This document shows positions 1 through 8,998 of a DNA stretch of 64,000 nt, piece by piece (the stretch's first letter is position 1; each line of letters begins with the position of its first letter). The position numbers were made by a program, and so were the translations under genes. The DNA lies in NCBI GenBank assembly GCA_965219445.1, contig CBDCNQ010000004.1, forward strand, positions 160,001 through 224,000, written 5' to 3'. The stretch comes from Longimicrobiales bacterium (GTDB lineage: Bacteria; Gemmatimonadota; Gemmatimonadetes; Longimicrobiales; Gaopeijiaceae). Below the pieces are notes generated by a model. The model did not search any database. It saw nothing but the letters and a program-made list of their open reading frames with translations, and was not told the origin of the DNA.

Positions 1-553
<553 letters not shown>

Positions 554-554
554 G

Positions 555-800
555 TCATCCCCCCGCGACCGGCGGAATCAACGCCACTTCGTCGCCGTCG
601 CTCAGCAAGGACGTCGAGTCCGAATAGTTCATGTTGACGGCTACCGCGGGGGAGGCGGGAAGGACCGTAAAAGCGCCTCCACGGGAGCGGAGCGCCGAAA
701 CGAGATCCGAGACAGTCGCTCCCTGGGGAAGAACGAGCTGGAGCTCGCCAGTGCCGAGGAGCTCCTTATAAGACGCGAAGAACAGGGTGCGGATTTCCAC
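555..800 (-). CDS. moaD: Molybdopterin synthase sulfur carrier
   Basis: 81 aa beta-grasp protein ending PPVAGG, next to moaE. Confidence 0.95.
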   Translation of the reverse strand: MEIRTLFFASYKELLGTGELQLVLPQGATVSDLVSALRSRGGAFTVLPASPAVAVNMNYSDSTSLLSDGDEVALIPPVAGG

Positions 801-848
801 GTGGTCGTACGTCCAAGCGACAGGAGCAGTTAAGAGGAACGCCTCAGG

Positions 849-878
849 ACATTAGAGGCACCCCACCACTCCCGTCAA
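849..878 (-). promoter_or_regulatory. Putative sigma70 promoter for moaDEA
   Basis: TTGACG-18 nt-TAATGT on minus strand upstream of moaD. Confidence 0.45.
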
Positions 879-903
879 CGTCTCCTACATCGACCTTACG
901 GCA

Positions 904-1470
904 TCACCGTCTGGGGCCTGGCAACCCTTGACGCCGGCCACCCGGTGGCCCGCGGCCCGGGCCTCCGCCGCCACGCAGGGTTCGGATCCTCTCGCCGAGC
1001 TGCTGGCGCATCACGATAAAACGTACGACCTGCCGCGCACTCAGGATCTGGAGAAACGCCTCCTGTTCCTCTCGGAAGAGGGTCGCTTCATCACCGCTGA
1101 GCTCGAGCATCTCCTCGAGAACATCGGAAGCCTCCTCCTCGGTGAGCTCCCGTGCCCCGCCTGCGCCCAAGCCCACGATCCTGGCCCGTGTACTGCGCTC
1201 TCTTTGCGAGAACTCCATTCGCCGTTGGCGGAAATCCTCTACCACCTCTTGGAGCTGCTGGACCTGATCATCGCCGAGCTCCAGTTCTTCCCGGACCAGA
1301 TTGTCAAAACGGGCTTGAATTCTCCGCTCCATCTGCGCGCGCCGGCCACCGCCGCCGGGACGCTGCGCGACGAGGCCCTCGGCCCCACTCGTCAGCAAGG
1401 CGGTCACCAAGAGACCCCCCGTCACCAAGAGGCTCGAGGCCTTTTTCATCGCTCGAGTTGGTCCGTTCAT
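904..1470 (-). CDS. Exported helical protein (Spy/CpxP-like), third gene of ECF operon
   Basis: Signal peptide, helical L.L.DDQ..Q..E pattern, overlaps anti-sigma gene. Confidence 0.6.
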   Translation of the reverse strand: MNGPTRAMKKASSLLVTGGLLVTALLTSGAEGLVAQRPGGGGRRAQMERRIQARFDNLVREELELGDDQVQQLQEVVEDFRQRRMEFSQRERSTRARIVGLGAGGARELTEEEASDVLEEMLELSGDEATLFREEQEAFLQILSARQVVRFIVMRQQLGERIRTLRGGGGPGRGPPGGRRQGLPGPRR

Positions 1471-1943
1471 CCTCCGAGCTCCTCCAGTAGCACTGCCAAA
1501 TCTTCGTCGGAGAGGCCGTCCAACATCGGTACACCAGCCACGTCCGCGTCATCGCTCGGCCAGACCACCGCGAAAGGATCCTCCCCGAGGGGCCCCACCT
1601 CGGGAAGCGCCTGCGTGCGTTGCCAAATCAGGGCCGTGCCCAGCGCCAAGACCACGGACGCAGCAGCAGCAAGCCGCCGGCCCGTGAAGAGCCCGGCCTC
1701 ATGGAACTCAACGCCGGCGCCCGAATCGATCTCCAACGCGACTGCAGACTTGATCTCGGAAGCGAGCGACGCGGGCGTGCTGAACGTGGCGGCCTGAATC
1801 CTTCGGAGCAGCTCGACTTCTCCGGAACACGACTCGCAAGACGAGATGTGGATGGAGACGACGGCGCGATCGCTCTCTTCGAGCTCGCCACGGACCCACT
1901 CCGGCAGGAGGTCCTTAACGTCTGCGCATTCGATTTTCGTCAT
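1467..1943 (-). CDS. Zinc-finger (zf-HC2) anti-sigma factor
   Basis: HISSCESC motif plus one TM helix, coupled to ECF sigma gene. Confidence 0.85.
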   Translation of the reverse strand: MTKIECADVKDLLPEWVRGELEESDRAVVSIHISSCESCSGEVELLRRIQAATFSTPASLASEIKSAVALEIDSGAGVEFHEAGLFTGRRLAAAASVVLALGTALIWQRTQALPEVGPLGEDPFAVVWPSDDADVAGVPMLDGLSDEDLAVLLEELGG

Positions 1944-2497
1944 GGCCCCAGCAACTCCCTCAACCGCTGTATCCCATGGTGATAATTCACCCGGGCCGAC
2001 CCCTCCGAAGAATCGATGGTCTCACCGATCTCTCGGAAGCTCAAGCCCTCGAAGATTCTCAAGCTCACTGACAATCTCTGTTTTTCGGGTAAGTCCGCCA
2101 GCGCCTCTCTGACCCGTGCGACCTCGGACCGTAGCGTGACCTCCACCGAAGGATCATTCCCCACGGCTGGAAGCATGTCCAGGTCCTCGACCCTGTCTTC
2201 CCTTCTCCGCATGAACTTGCGGAGGAGACCGCGCGCCTCGTTGCCGGCGATGGCCAGCAGCCACGTTCGAAACGCGGCCTCACCCCTGAAGCGTTCGATC
2301 GCCCCGAAGGCCTTGAGAAAACTGTTCTGGCTCGCATCTGCCGCTAGATCCTCGTCACTCAGGATCGCCGCACAGGTCCGAAACACCACACCATGATGGC
2401 GATCCACGAGAACGTTCATGGCCCGCTCGTCGCCTTTTCGGACTCGTTGAACCAGCTCCTCGTCCGTGGGCGACGCCAGGCGTGAATCCTCGACCAT
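1940..2497 (-). CDS. ECF RNA polymerase sigma factor
   Basis: Region 2 (FRTWLLAIAGN) and region 4 (LPEKQR..GLSFREIG) motifs. Confidence 0.92.
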   Translation of the reverse strand: MVEDSRLASPTDEELVQRVRKGDERAMNVLVDRHHGVVFRTCAAILSDEDLAADASQNSFLKAFGAIERFRGEAAFRTWLLAIAGNEARGLLRKFMRRREDRVEDLDMLPAVGNDPSVEVTLRSEVARVREALADLPEKQRLSVSLRIFEGLSFREIGETIDSSEGSARVNYHHGIQRLRELLGP

Positions 2498-2506
2498 CGT
2501 GAATCA

Positions 2507-2530
2507 GACGTCCCTAGTCAGGAGAACGTT
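2507..2530 (-). promoter_or_regulatory. Putative autoregulatory ECF promoter
   Basis: AAC-17 nt-CGTC about 10 nt before the sigma ATG. Confidence 0.5.
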
Positions 2531-2643
2531 AAACGGCCTGGTGAGGAAGTGGAGCGAGCCCCGTTAGGAGCGCAGACCCGCCAGATCTTAGGTAGGAGGT
2601 CCAGCGGACGAGCTGGTCCGGCTCTGGTCCCGATTGAAGCGAC

Positions 2644-2946
2644 CTATCCCGGGCCGCGCCCGTCGAGTTGGCCGACGCGGGTGCGCAGATGCTTCGAGGG
2701 CTTGAAGACCGGCGCGCTTCGTGACGGAACCTCAACGCCCTGGCCCGTACGTGGGTTCCGGGCCATGCGGCTCTTCCGCTTTCTCACCTTGAAGGTCCCG
2801 AATCCTCGGATCTCGATATTGTCACCGTTCGCGAGAGCGCGCTTGACCGCGTTCAGGAGACCGTCCACGACCAGTGCGCAGTCCTTTTTCGTAATTCCAG
2901 GACCTATGGCCTCTGCGACCTGTTCGACGAGGTCGGCCTTGGTCAT
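2644..2946 (-). CDS. HU/IHF family DNA-binding protein
   Basis: MTKADLVE, IEIRGFGTF, RNPRTG motifs. Confidence 0.95.
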   Translation of the reverse strand: MTKADLVEQVAEAIGPGITKKDCALVVDGLLNAVKRALANGDNIEIRGFGTFKVRKRKSRMARNPRTGQGVEVPSRSAPVFKPSKHLRTRVGQLDGRGPG

Positions 2947-2990
2947 GCAATTTCCTCCGAGATGCGGTGAGTAGCGCCGGCAGGGAAGCC

Positions 2991-3020
2991 AGAGTAACGG
3001 TGTCGTGCCCGGAACGTCAA
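2991..3020 (-). promoter_or_regulatory. Putative sigma70 promoter for HU/IHF gene
   Basis: TTGACG-18 nt-TACTCT. Confidence 0.4.
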
Positions 3021-3033
3021 GGGACGCTTGAAC

Positions 3034-4158
3034 CTACGAAGGCCGGGCTTCCATCAACCCGATGAATTGATCGAAGAGGTATACACTGTCGTGGGGTCCC
3101 GGCGCAGCCTCCGGATGGTACTGGACACAGAACACCGGGCGCTTTCGGTGGACCAAACCCTCCACCGTTCCGTCGTAGAGATTGAGGTGGGTCAAGCGGA
3201 GGTCCGGAGCCCCCGGGATCTCCTCCTTCTCATCCGCCAGGACCGCAAACCCGTGGTTCTGAGACGTGATCTCGACCGTGTTGCGATCGAGGTTGCGCAC
3301 AGGGTGATTCGCGCCATGGTGGCCGAACGGAAGCTTATAGGTCTGCGCCCCGAACGCCCGAGCGATCAGTTGGTGGCCCAGACAGATTCCGAAGACCGGA
3401 ACGCCTCGTTCGGACAAACCGAGGATTGCCTCTTCCGCCTTCTCCACCGCTGAGGGATCACCGGGGCCGTTCGACACGAAGAGCCCATCCAGCTCCTGCG
3501 AGAGAATTTGGTCGACCGGCGTCTCGGCCGGAATGACGGTGACCCGGCACCCACGCTCGGCCAAAAGGCGTGGCGAGTGGGCCTTGACCCCGAAGTCGTA
3601 CGCAACGACATGGAACCGCTCTTCGCCAACGGCAGGTACCTCATACGACGCCTCGGTGGAGACACCGCATGCCAAGTCGAGGCCCTCCATGGGCGGATGC
3701 GCGAGCACGCTCTGGAGCATGTCCGCTTCGTCTGCGCCGGCGGGGGCAATGGCGCCCCGCTTGGCTCCCTCCGATCGGATGTGGAGGGTGAGCGCCCTGG
3801 TATCGACACCCGTGATTCCAACCACGCCACACTCGAGGAGATAATCCTCCAGGGACCCAGTGGCCCTCCACGACGAGTGGCGGGGCGGGGCCTCACGCAC
3901 GACAAAGCCCGTGACTTCGGGACCCTCCGACTCACGATCCTCGTCGTTGACGCCGTAGTTGCCGATCAGGGGATACGTCATTACAACGTGTTGCCCCGCG
4001 TAGGACGGATCGGTGAGGATCTCCTGATACCCGGTCATGGACGTATTGAAGACGACCTCTCCCAGTGACGGCCCGGGAGCTCCGAAGCCGTAGCCGTCGA
4101 AGCGGCGGCCATCCTCCAGCAGAAGATACGCAGGATCCCGCTTGTGAATACGAGCCAC
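3034..4158 (-). CDS. carA: Carbamoyl-phosphate synthase small subunit
   Basis: GEVVFNTSMTGYQE, SNGPGDP, GICLGHQ, QYHPE. Confidence 0.97.
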   Translation of the reverse strand: MARIHKRDPAYLLLEDGRRFDGYGFGAPGPSLGEVVFNTSMTGYQEILTDPSYAGQHVVMTYPLIGNYGVNDEDRESEGPEVTGFVVREAPPRHSSWRATGSLEDYLLECGVVGITGVDTRALTLHIRSEGAKRGAIAPAGADEADMLQSVLAHPPMEGLDLACGVSTEASYEVPAVGEERFHVVAYDFGVKAHSPRLLAERGCRVTVIPAETPVDQILSQELDGLFVSNGPGDPSAVEKAEEAILGLSERGVPVFGICLGHQLIARAFGAQTYKLPFGHHGANHPVRNLDRNTVEITSQNHGFAVLADEKEEIPGAPDLRLTHLNLYDGTVEGLVHRKRPVFCVQYHPEAAPGPHDSVYLFDQFIGLMEARPS

Positions 4159-4309
4159 AGTCAGAAGGCTGTTGAAGGAACAGAAGATCCGCTTTTTGGA
4201 GCCAGTACGAATCGGCTTCGGCCGGCGGAATCTAGAATCGAGAGGAATCGAGTCAAGCGAGCGAGGGGGTGGCTCGCGGACTTCTGCGACACTCCGCTAC
4301 ATTCCCCGA

Positions 4310-4882
4310 ATGACAGAAACGCTCGAGGTGGCCATCTTCGCGGACGAATCTTGTCTAGGGAACCAGTTCCAAGGACAGGCCAACCCCGGTGGCGCAGCCG
4401 GAATGCTGGAGTACTGGACCGGGGACCGGTGGGTACGTCGAGATTATTGGATATCGGAGCCGGACACGACCAACAACCGCATGGCCCTTCGTAGTGCTAT
4501 CGTGGGACTGGGGCTGCTCCGCAAGGGCCCCTGTGACGTTCGGTTCGTGTCGGACAGCCAGTACCTGGTCAAGGGCATGAAAGAATGGGTCGAAAGATGG
4601 AAGGCTCGAGACTGGACACGGAAGGGCGGCAAAATCGAGAACCTGGAGCTCTGGAAGGAGTTGGATCGGGCGAGGGATAGGCATCACGTCGAATGGACCT
4701 GGGTGCGAGGCCACGCGGAGCATCCCCAGAACGAATACGTTGATCACCTCGCCACGAGAGCCGCAAAGGATGGTACCTCCTCCGACGGACTGATCGAGAG
4801 CGGGTTCAGCGCTTGGCTGGAAGAACAGCGAAATCGGCGCGGCCGGTACGGCGATTTTGGGGAGCTCGCACCACCAGGCTAA
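4310..4882 (+). CDS. rnhA: Ribonuclease HI
   Basis: TTNNRM, SDSQY, WVRGH..HPQNEYVD; start placed at ATG 4310. Confidence 0.9.
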   Translation: MTETLEVAIFADESCLGNQFQGQANPGGAAGMLEYWTGDRWVRRDYWISEPDTTNNRMALRSAIVGLGLLRKGPCDVRFVSDSQYLVKGMKEWVERWKARDWTRKGGKIENLELWKELDRARDRHHVEWTWVRGHAEHPQNEYVDHLATRAAKDGTSSDGLIESGFSAWLEEQRNRRGRYGDFGELAPPG

Positions 4883-4898
4883 TCTCGGGAGCCTAGGT

Positions 4899-4941
4899 AA
4901 AAAAAGAAGCCCCCGACACGGCAAGCCGCCTCGAGGGCTTC
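4899..4941 (-). terminator. Rho-independent terminator (minus strand; may also serve rnhA)
   Basis: GAAGCCC...GGGCTTC stem followed by a T7 run on minus strand. Confidence 0.8.
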
Positions 4942-5246
4942 AGTTTCGTTGGTAGAAGCTTCGTCGTGCCTGGACGCCCACCTGACCTCCGGTTTACCTC
5001 GCGGCTCACCTTCCTTCAGGTAGCTAACTCAGCCTCCCTTTTAACCCGATCTCGCGTGATAGCGATCCTGAGTCCTCCGAGCTCCGGAGGGTACGACGGA
5101 GACCAACGACTCTTCCATCGGCTCACCGAGTTCCAATTCCTCGGCAAGCTTCCACCGCTGCGACGTCTCGCCCGGTAGATCACGTTTCGCGAATCGACCG
5201 AAGGGATGACCAACGCCATCGAATCAGCGAACCACATCGGAAACGC
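4899..5246 (-). ncRNA. Candidate structured non-coding RNA, family not recognised
   Basis: Own promoter and terminator, no credible ORF, many nested helices (see findings). Confidence 0.6.
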
Positions 5247-5252
5247 ACCACC

Positions 5253-5281
5253 AGTATGGTGAGCCCGAGGACACCCGTCAA
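5253..5281 (-). promoter_or_regulatory. Putative sigma70 promoter of candidate ncRNA
   Basis: TTGACG (5281-5276)-17 nt-CATACT (5258-5253), AT-rich tract upstream. Confidence 0.65.
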
Positions 5282-5532
5282 GCTTAGAAATCAGAAATCA
5301 ATTCGTTTATTTGATTACGATGTATATCATTACAATATATAATGTTATACAATTTTATTAAAGTATTTTCTATGTCTTGTCATATCTTCAGAAACAGATT
5401 GTTTCGAGGGGGATGTGCGAGGAAAAACACGGACTCCCGGGTGGAGCATTTTGGAAAAAATCGGGAGACTGGAGACACCGACCGCGCCCTGATGGGGTGT
5501 CTATTTGTTGGCCCGCCAACATGGATCAGGGG

Positions 5533-6240
5533 TCAGAAAACGGGTTTCGGCCGTCGGGGAACGACAGGCTCGGGCTTCGGCCCGCCGGAGATGGAGCGGC
5601 CGAAGATTTCCGAGAAGGCCTCAGAAACGATCCCCAGGATGTCGCTGACATCAACCGGCCTCCCCAGCTCCTGGCTAACAGACGTTACCGACACATTCTG
5701 GATGCCACATGGGACGATCGTATCAAAATAGGAGAGATCGTTCGACACGTTCAGCGCGAATCCGTGAGACGAGATCCAACCACTCGATACTCGCACCCCG
5801 ATGGCGGCGATCTTTCGACCGTCCACCCACACGCCCGTGAGATCAGGGACGGGCTCCCCTCGTATGCCGATCTGGTCGAGTGTGTGTACCAGCACCGCCT
5901 CTAGGTCTCGCAAATACCGGTGAACGTCCTTCCGGCCCGGCTTCAGATCGAGGATCGGATACGCCACGAGTTGTCCGGGTCCATGGTAGGTGACGTCGCC
6001 CCCCCGCCCTACGTCGAAGAGATCGATTCCGAGGTCCCGGCGGCTCGATTCGTCGGCGAGAACGTGTGAGCGCGAGGATGCTGTGCCCAGGGTGATGACG
6101 TGGGGATGTTGGAGGAGTAACAGCTGATCCGGTATATCGCCGGTTCGCCGGCGCACGACCAGGTCCGATTGTAGGGCCAGCGCCTCTGAATACGGAATCA
6201 AACCCAGATCCCGTACCTCTAGCGCTGTCGCGTCATTCAT
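5533..6240 (-). CDS. lipB: Octanoyltransferase LipB
   Basis: RGGDVTYHGPGQLV.YP, KIAAIG, HGFALN, IVPCGI. Confidence 0.96.
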   Translation of the reverse strand: MNDATALEVRDLGLIPYSEALALQSDLVVRRRTGDIPDQLLLLQHPHVITLGTASSRSHVLADESSRRDLGIDLFDVGRGGDVTYHGPGQLVAYPILDLKPGRKDVHRYLRDLEAVLVHTLDQIGIRGEPVPDLTGVWVDGRKIAAIGVRVSSGWISSHGFALNVSNDLSYFDTIVPCGIQNVSVTSVSQELGRPVDVSDILGIVSEAFSEIFGRSISGGPKPEPVVPRRPKPVF

Positions 6241-6258
6241 GCGCCACGGGCCGGTATT

Positions 6259-7686
6259 CTAGGCGTCCTCGGGGAAGTCCTCGATAAGAGCCTTCAGCTC
6301 CGCGAGGAACCGGGCAGCGTCGGCTCCGTCCACGAGCCGATGGTCGTACGCGAGAGAAAAGAGTGCCCGCTTCCGAATCGCGACGGCATCCGTGCCTGTC
6401 AGCGGATCCTCAACGACCACGGCCCGCTTCTCGATCGCCCCGGTGCCGAGGATCGCGGCCGTCCCCATCGGGATGATGGGCATACCAACCATGGTACCGA
6501 GGACTCCAGGATTGGTGATCGAGAACGTCGATCCTTGGATTTCCGCGGGTGTCAGCTTCCGTGACCGGGCACGACTTGCCAGGTCCATGATCTTCTTACC
6601 GATCCCTACGAGGCTGAGTCCGTCCGTGTCGTGCATTACGGGCACGATTAGGCCGGGGTCGAGATCTACGGCTATCCCGATATTCACGCTGCCTCGATGG
6701 ATGACGTTGTTCCCCGAGACGGTACCGTTGATCATCGGGTACTTGCGCAACAACCGCGAGCACGCCCACACCACGAACGCGGTAAAACTCACCCGCACTC
6801 CCTGCCCCGCCCACTCGCCCTTGTGGGCCACCCGGATCTGGTCAACTCGGGAAAAATCGATCTCGATGAAGGAGTGCACATGGGGCGCGACCCTCTTCGC
6901 CAGAACCATGTGCTCCGCGGTGAGGCGGCGGATCTTGTCCATCGGCTCGACGTGGTCCCCCTCTCGCACAGGGAACTCCGGGTGCTGCGCCTCCCCGTAA
7001 AAGGCCGTCCACAGGTCCGCCGAAGATCCAGAGCCCGAAGGAACCCTAGGGGGGCTTGCGGCCGCGGGGCCCGACTCCAAGGCCACCACGGGCGCCTTCG
7101 CCCCGCCATTTTCGATGAAGTCCAGAATATCCTGTTTTGTTACGCGACCGGCGTGGCCGCTTCCCCGAACGTCAGCGATCGAAATGCCATGCTCCGCAGC
7201 GATCTTCCTCACTACCGGAGTCGAACGGGTCCGTATCCGCACCTCCGCGGTCTCCGGAGCACCTTCCTGGGGGGCAGCTTGGGCAGCGGGGCCATCGGAC
7301 GATGAAACTCCCGCGCCTACGAGCTCCGGAGCGGCGTGCGACGGTCCTGCCTCGGGCTCCAGTCCGTCTGGGACATCGATCGAATCGTGCGCGTCGGCGG
7401 CCGGGGCTCCGGCCTCGCTGGAGGTCGGGGTGATGGCCGCGCCCGCCTCGGTGTCGATATATGCCACGACCGCACCGACTTCGACCGTCTCGCCCTCCTC
7501 GACCCGGACCTCTACGAGCGTGCCCGATTCCGGTGAGGGGATCTCAGCGTCCACCTTGTCCGTTGAGATCTCCAGAATTGGCTCGTCTCTCTCGACCGGG
7601 TCCCCGACCTGCTTCAGCCACTTTGTTACCGTGCCCTCAGCGATAGATTCACCCATCTGGGGCATGGGAACCTCGATGCGGGCCAC
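6259..7686 (-). CDS. 2-oxoacid dehydrogenase E2 (dihydrolipoamide acyltransferase)
   Basis: Lipoyl domain STDKVDAE, subunit-binding GSG..GRVTK, catalytic DHRLVDG; specificity not determinable. Confidence 0.93.
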   Translation of the reverse strand: MARIEVPMPQMGESIAEGTVTKWLKQVGDPVERDEPILEISTDKVDAEIPSPESGTLVEVRVEEGETVEVGAVVAYIDTEAGAAITPTSSEAGAPAADAHDSIDVPDGLEPEAGPSHAAPELVGAGVSSSDGPAAQAAPQEGAPETAEVRIRTRSTPVVRKIAAEHGISIADVRGSGHAGRVTKQDILDFIENGGAKAPVVALESGPAAASPPRVPSGSGSSADLWTAFYGEAQHPEFPVREGDHVEPMDKIRRLTAEHMVLAKRVAPHVHSFIEIDFSRVDQIRVAHKGEWAGQGVRVSFTAFVVWACSRLLRKYPMINGTVSGNNVIHRGSVNIGIAVDLDPGLIVPVMHDTDGLSLVGIGKKIMDLASRARSRKLTPAEIQGSTFSITNPGVLGTMVGMPIIPMGTAAILGTGAIEKRAVVVEDPLTGTDAVAIRKRALFSLAYDHRLVDGADAARFLAELKALIEDFPEDA

Positions 7687-7716
7687 GTCAGAACTCCATA
7701 TTCAGGGGGAACGGGG

Positions 7717-8100
7717 TCAGTCGTTCCCGTCACCACCTGCGGGAGGCTCGCTGGGCTCCGCGGATCCATCTCCCGCATCTACGGTCTGATCGAGGGTAGG
7801 CAAAATCGGCTGAGCGGCCGGCGCAGTGGGCGCCAGGTCCTGCCGTAAGATCGACTGCGGTACCTGTGCACGCGACGACATGATGGAGAGGATCAGAGAC
7901 AACAGCATGAAGAGAGATCCGGTCGTCCAAGTGGCCCTCGTGAGCATGGTCGTGGCTTGGCGCCCGCCTAAGATTCCGTCCGTCGCGGCGGCGCCGCCGC
8001 CCATCGCTGCCAGCCCACCGCCCTTCCCAGACTGCAGAAGGACCACGACACCCAAAAAAATGCCGTCGAGAATCAGGATTGCCAGCAATGCAGCGTACAT
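7717..8100 (-). CDS. secG: Preprotein translocase SecG
   Basis: VLLQSGKGGGL, two TM helices, next to tpiA. Confidence 0.92.
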   Translation of the reverse strand: MYAALLAILILDGIFLGVVVLLQSGKGGGLAAMGGGAAATDGILGGRQATTMLTRATWTTGSLFMLLSLILSIMSSRAQVPQSILRQDLAPTAPAAQPILPTLDQTVDAGDGSAEPSEPPAGGDGND

Positions 8101-8182
8101 GAAACCCCCATGGCTCAGGGTTTGGAGTAACGGCTAAACGTCGCCGGGTCCCCTTGGGGTGTCAACCGGTAAACCCTTGCAG

Positions 8183-8953
8183 TCAGCCAGCTTCAGCGAT
8201 CCTCGCGAAGCTCCCAGGATCGAGGCTCGCTCCACCCACGAGCACCCCATCCACGTCGGCCACCGCAAGGAGTTCAGCCGCGTTATCAGGCTTCACGCTC
8301 CCACCATAGAGGATGGCGACCTGTTGTGCGAAGCCGTCGCCCCGTACCTCCCTCAGACGGCCGCGAAGAATACCATGCGCATCTGCCACATCCTGCACTG
8401 TCGCGGTCTCTCCGGTGCCGATCGCCCAAACCGGCTCGTACGCTACGAGGAGCGATCTTTTCACGTCCTCGGGAACGCCGAGCAGAGCGGCATCCAGCTG
8501 GCGGACGATGACTTCTTCCACCTGTCCATCCCGGCGCTCCTCTAGCGTCTCTCCGACGCACACCACGGGCGCCAGGCCTTCACCCACTGCCGCGGCCACC
8601 TTGCGCTCGACCTGCGCGTCTGTTTCACCGAACACATGTCGGCGCTCCGAATGTCCGACGAGAGCGAATCGGGCACCGGCCGCCAACGCCATTCCGGCCG
8701 AGTGTTCCCCGGTGAAGGCACCGCTGGGCTCCCAGTGGATATTCTGGATGCCGAGGCTGATCTCCGGACGCCCCACCCTCGATTCCGCGGCCGCGAGAAG
8801 GGAGATCGCCGGAGGAAAAATCAAAATCGTCGGCTCGGGGATCGGAAGCTGGGGAGAAAACTCGCTGAAAAACTTGCGCGTCGCGGCGGGGCCGTGATGC
8901 ATTTTCCAGTTGCCGGCGATCACCTTTGGTCTCACGTCATGCCCTCCTGACAT
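8183..8953 (-). CDS. tpiA: Triosephosphate isomerase
   Basis: AGNWKM, GHSERR, AYEPVWAIGTG, YGGSV. Confidence 0.98.
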   Translation of the reverse strand: MSGGHDVRPKVIAGNWKMHHGPAATRKFFSEFSPQLPIPEPTILIFPPAISLLAAAESRVGRPEISLGIQNIHWEPSGAFTGEHSAGMALAAGARFALVGHSERRHVFGETDAQVERKVAAAVGEGLAPVVCVGETLEERRDGQVEEVIVRQLDAALLGVPEDVKRSLLVAYEPVWAIGTGETATVQDVADAHGILRGRLREVRGDGFAQQVAILYGGSVKPDNAAELLAVADVDGVLVGGASLDPGSFARIAEAG

Positions 8954-8998
8954 GCACGATCGATGTGCGCGGTCGATACGAATCGATAAGAAGCGACG

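Noticed and set aside
555..800. MoaD as partner of the ubiquitination operon
   Set aside because: Ordinary molybdopterin sulfur carrier in the moaDEA operon, far from the island
4966..5237. Short ORFs 4966-5178 (+) and 5016-5237 (-)
   Set aside because: No recognisable protein features; region better explained as structured RNA
4899..5246. Identification as RNase P RNA, tmRNA or c-di-AMP riboswitch
   Set aside because: Signature sequences not found by eye; no downstream gene for a riboswitch
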